NCBI GenBank assembly: GCA_008369845.1
Contig: MRSU01001066.1
Coordinates: 1-43,757 of the forward strand
Origin: Trichomonas gallinae
Lineage: Eukaryota
Reading direction: 5' to 3'
DNA: 43,757 nucleotides
Position 1 is the stretch's first letter. Every line of letters begins with the position of its first letter. Below the pieces are notes generated by a model. The model was given only the letters and a program-made list of their open reading frames with translations, made no database searches and had not been told where the DNA came from. Of the stretch, positions 42,878 through 43,757 are shown one piece after another. Both the position numbers and the translations under genes were made by a program.

Positions 42878-43459
42878 TTATGCTATATAGCAGCATCCTG
42901 ACGTAATGGATGCTCTATACTTTCTCGCGCGAGCGAGAGCATCATTAAATAAATCATCAAGGCGCTGCTGATTTTTTGCAGAAACTTCAGTGTATGAAAG
43001 GGCTTCGATTTTATCTGCGGCTTTTTGTCCTTTGGATTTCTTTATTGGAGACATGTTCTCTTGCTTATGACTTTTATCGATTGAGTCGAAATTATCTCTC
43101 TCATCCATCCTCAATCCAGCAAGGATATAAGGAACATCGGGGTTGTATCCTTTGATCTCTTTGACCCACTTATGTTTAGCGTTACGTAATGAACTTGGAT
43201 GGATTAATGAAAAGCATATAATAAACACATCGGCACCTTTATATGCTTGTGGACGCAAACGATCATAGTCCTCAGATCCGGCTGTATCATAGATTTCCAT
43301 AACTGTTTTATGCTTTTTGTCCTTAAATTTCATTTCGACTTTCTCGTAGACTGTTGCATCATCGCCCTGGCTGTATTCTTTCTTTTGGAATGTCTTAATC
43401 AATACGGTCTTTCCAACGGCTGTGTCACCAACAAGAACACACTTCAACGGTTCGGACAT
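42878..43459 (-). CDS. Rho/Rac-family small GTPase (divergent)
   Basis: KCVLVGDTAVGKT, DTAGSEDYDRLRP, ICFSL, SAK, and C-terminal CAAX (CYIA). Confidence 0.92.
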   Translation of the reverse strand: MSEPLKCVLVGDTAVGKTVLIKTFQKKEYSQGDDATVYEKVEMKFKDKKHKTVMEIYDTAGSEDYDRLRPQAYKGADVFIICFSLIHPSSLRNAKHKWVKEIKGYNPDVPYILAGLRMDERDNFDSIDKSHKQENMSPIKKSKGQKAADKIEALSYTEVSAKNQQRLDDLFNDALARARKYRASITSGCCYIA

Positions 43460-43688
43460 GAATCAAAAATCCGGTTAAAATTTTCGTTAAAAATTTATAA
43501 AACACGATTTGTTAAAATCAATTAACAAATGTTCGTCGTAGTTATTATTGGTATTTATAAAATGAATTTACATGTCATTTATTTCAGTTTTACAGACAAA
43601 GATTTTATTTAGATGTCAAATTACTTTCAATTATTTTATTTTTAATAACATAATATTATATATTAGTGTATAATTATATAAATGTAAT

Positions 43689-43757
43689 GGCACGATGGCC
43701 GAGTGGTTAAGGCGTGGGATTAGAGTCCCCATGGGCTTGTCCCGCATCAGTTCAAAT
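43689..43757 (+). tRNA. tRNA-Ser(AGA), truncated by the window end
   Basis: GGCACGA-TG-GCCGAGTGGTTAAGGC-G-TGGGA-TT AGA GT-CCCCA, long variable arm GGG..CCC, ATCAG-TTCAAAT. Anticodon at 43722-43724. Confidence 0.85.

Noticed and set aside
43721..43723. tRNA-Leu(TAG) reading
   Set aside because: Requires a purine at position 32, a T-C mismatch and loss of base 26; the Ser(AGA) register fits the canonical layout.
1..43757. Spliceosomal introns
   Set aside because: ORFs are continuous and the long trichomonad 3' motif ACTAACACACAG was not noticed; very short introns cannot be fully excluded by eye.

Overview
AT-rich, gene-dense, apparently intron-free eukaryotic DNA that looks like Trichomonas or a close parabasalid. 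This assignment is inferred from Inr (TCAYT) elements just before ATGs, a CCTTT (M5) element on a ribosomal protein gene, TAAA stop/polyA signals, and BspA, transmembrane cyclase and ankyrin family members. The window holds about 21 protein genes: CAMK kinase, cis-prenyltransferase, two RING proteins, AP-3 delta, a BRCT protein, Atg18/WIPI-like, RPL23, DHHC-family acyltransferase, Dcp2, a PAS-containing transmembrane adenylyl cyclase, GT61, nucleoside hydrolase, PPP phosphatase, KATNIP-like, a Rho GTPase and several unknowns. It also holds two probable pseudogenes (BspA-like, ankyrin) and a tRNA-Ser(AGA) cut by the window end. No mobile element or CRISPR was recognised. The most interesting non-coding signals are: (i) a recurring upstream element TG(T/A/G)CAYGTAAA, often a 26-bp inverted pair and once amplified in a ~141-147 bp tandem array; (ii) a GC-rich two-hairpin candidate ncRNA at ~19.9-20.0 kb with H/ACA-like boxes and an M3-like promoter motif; (iii) a near-intact BspA ORF blocked by two early in-frame TGA codons. 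All calls come from reading the sequence only; no searches were run.
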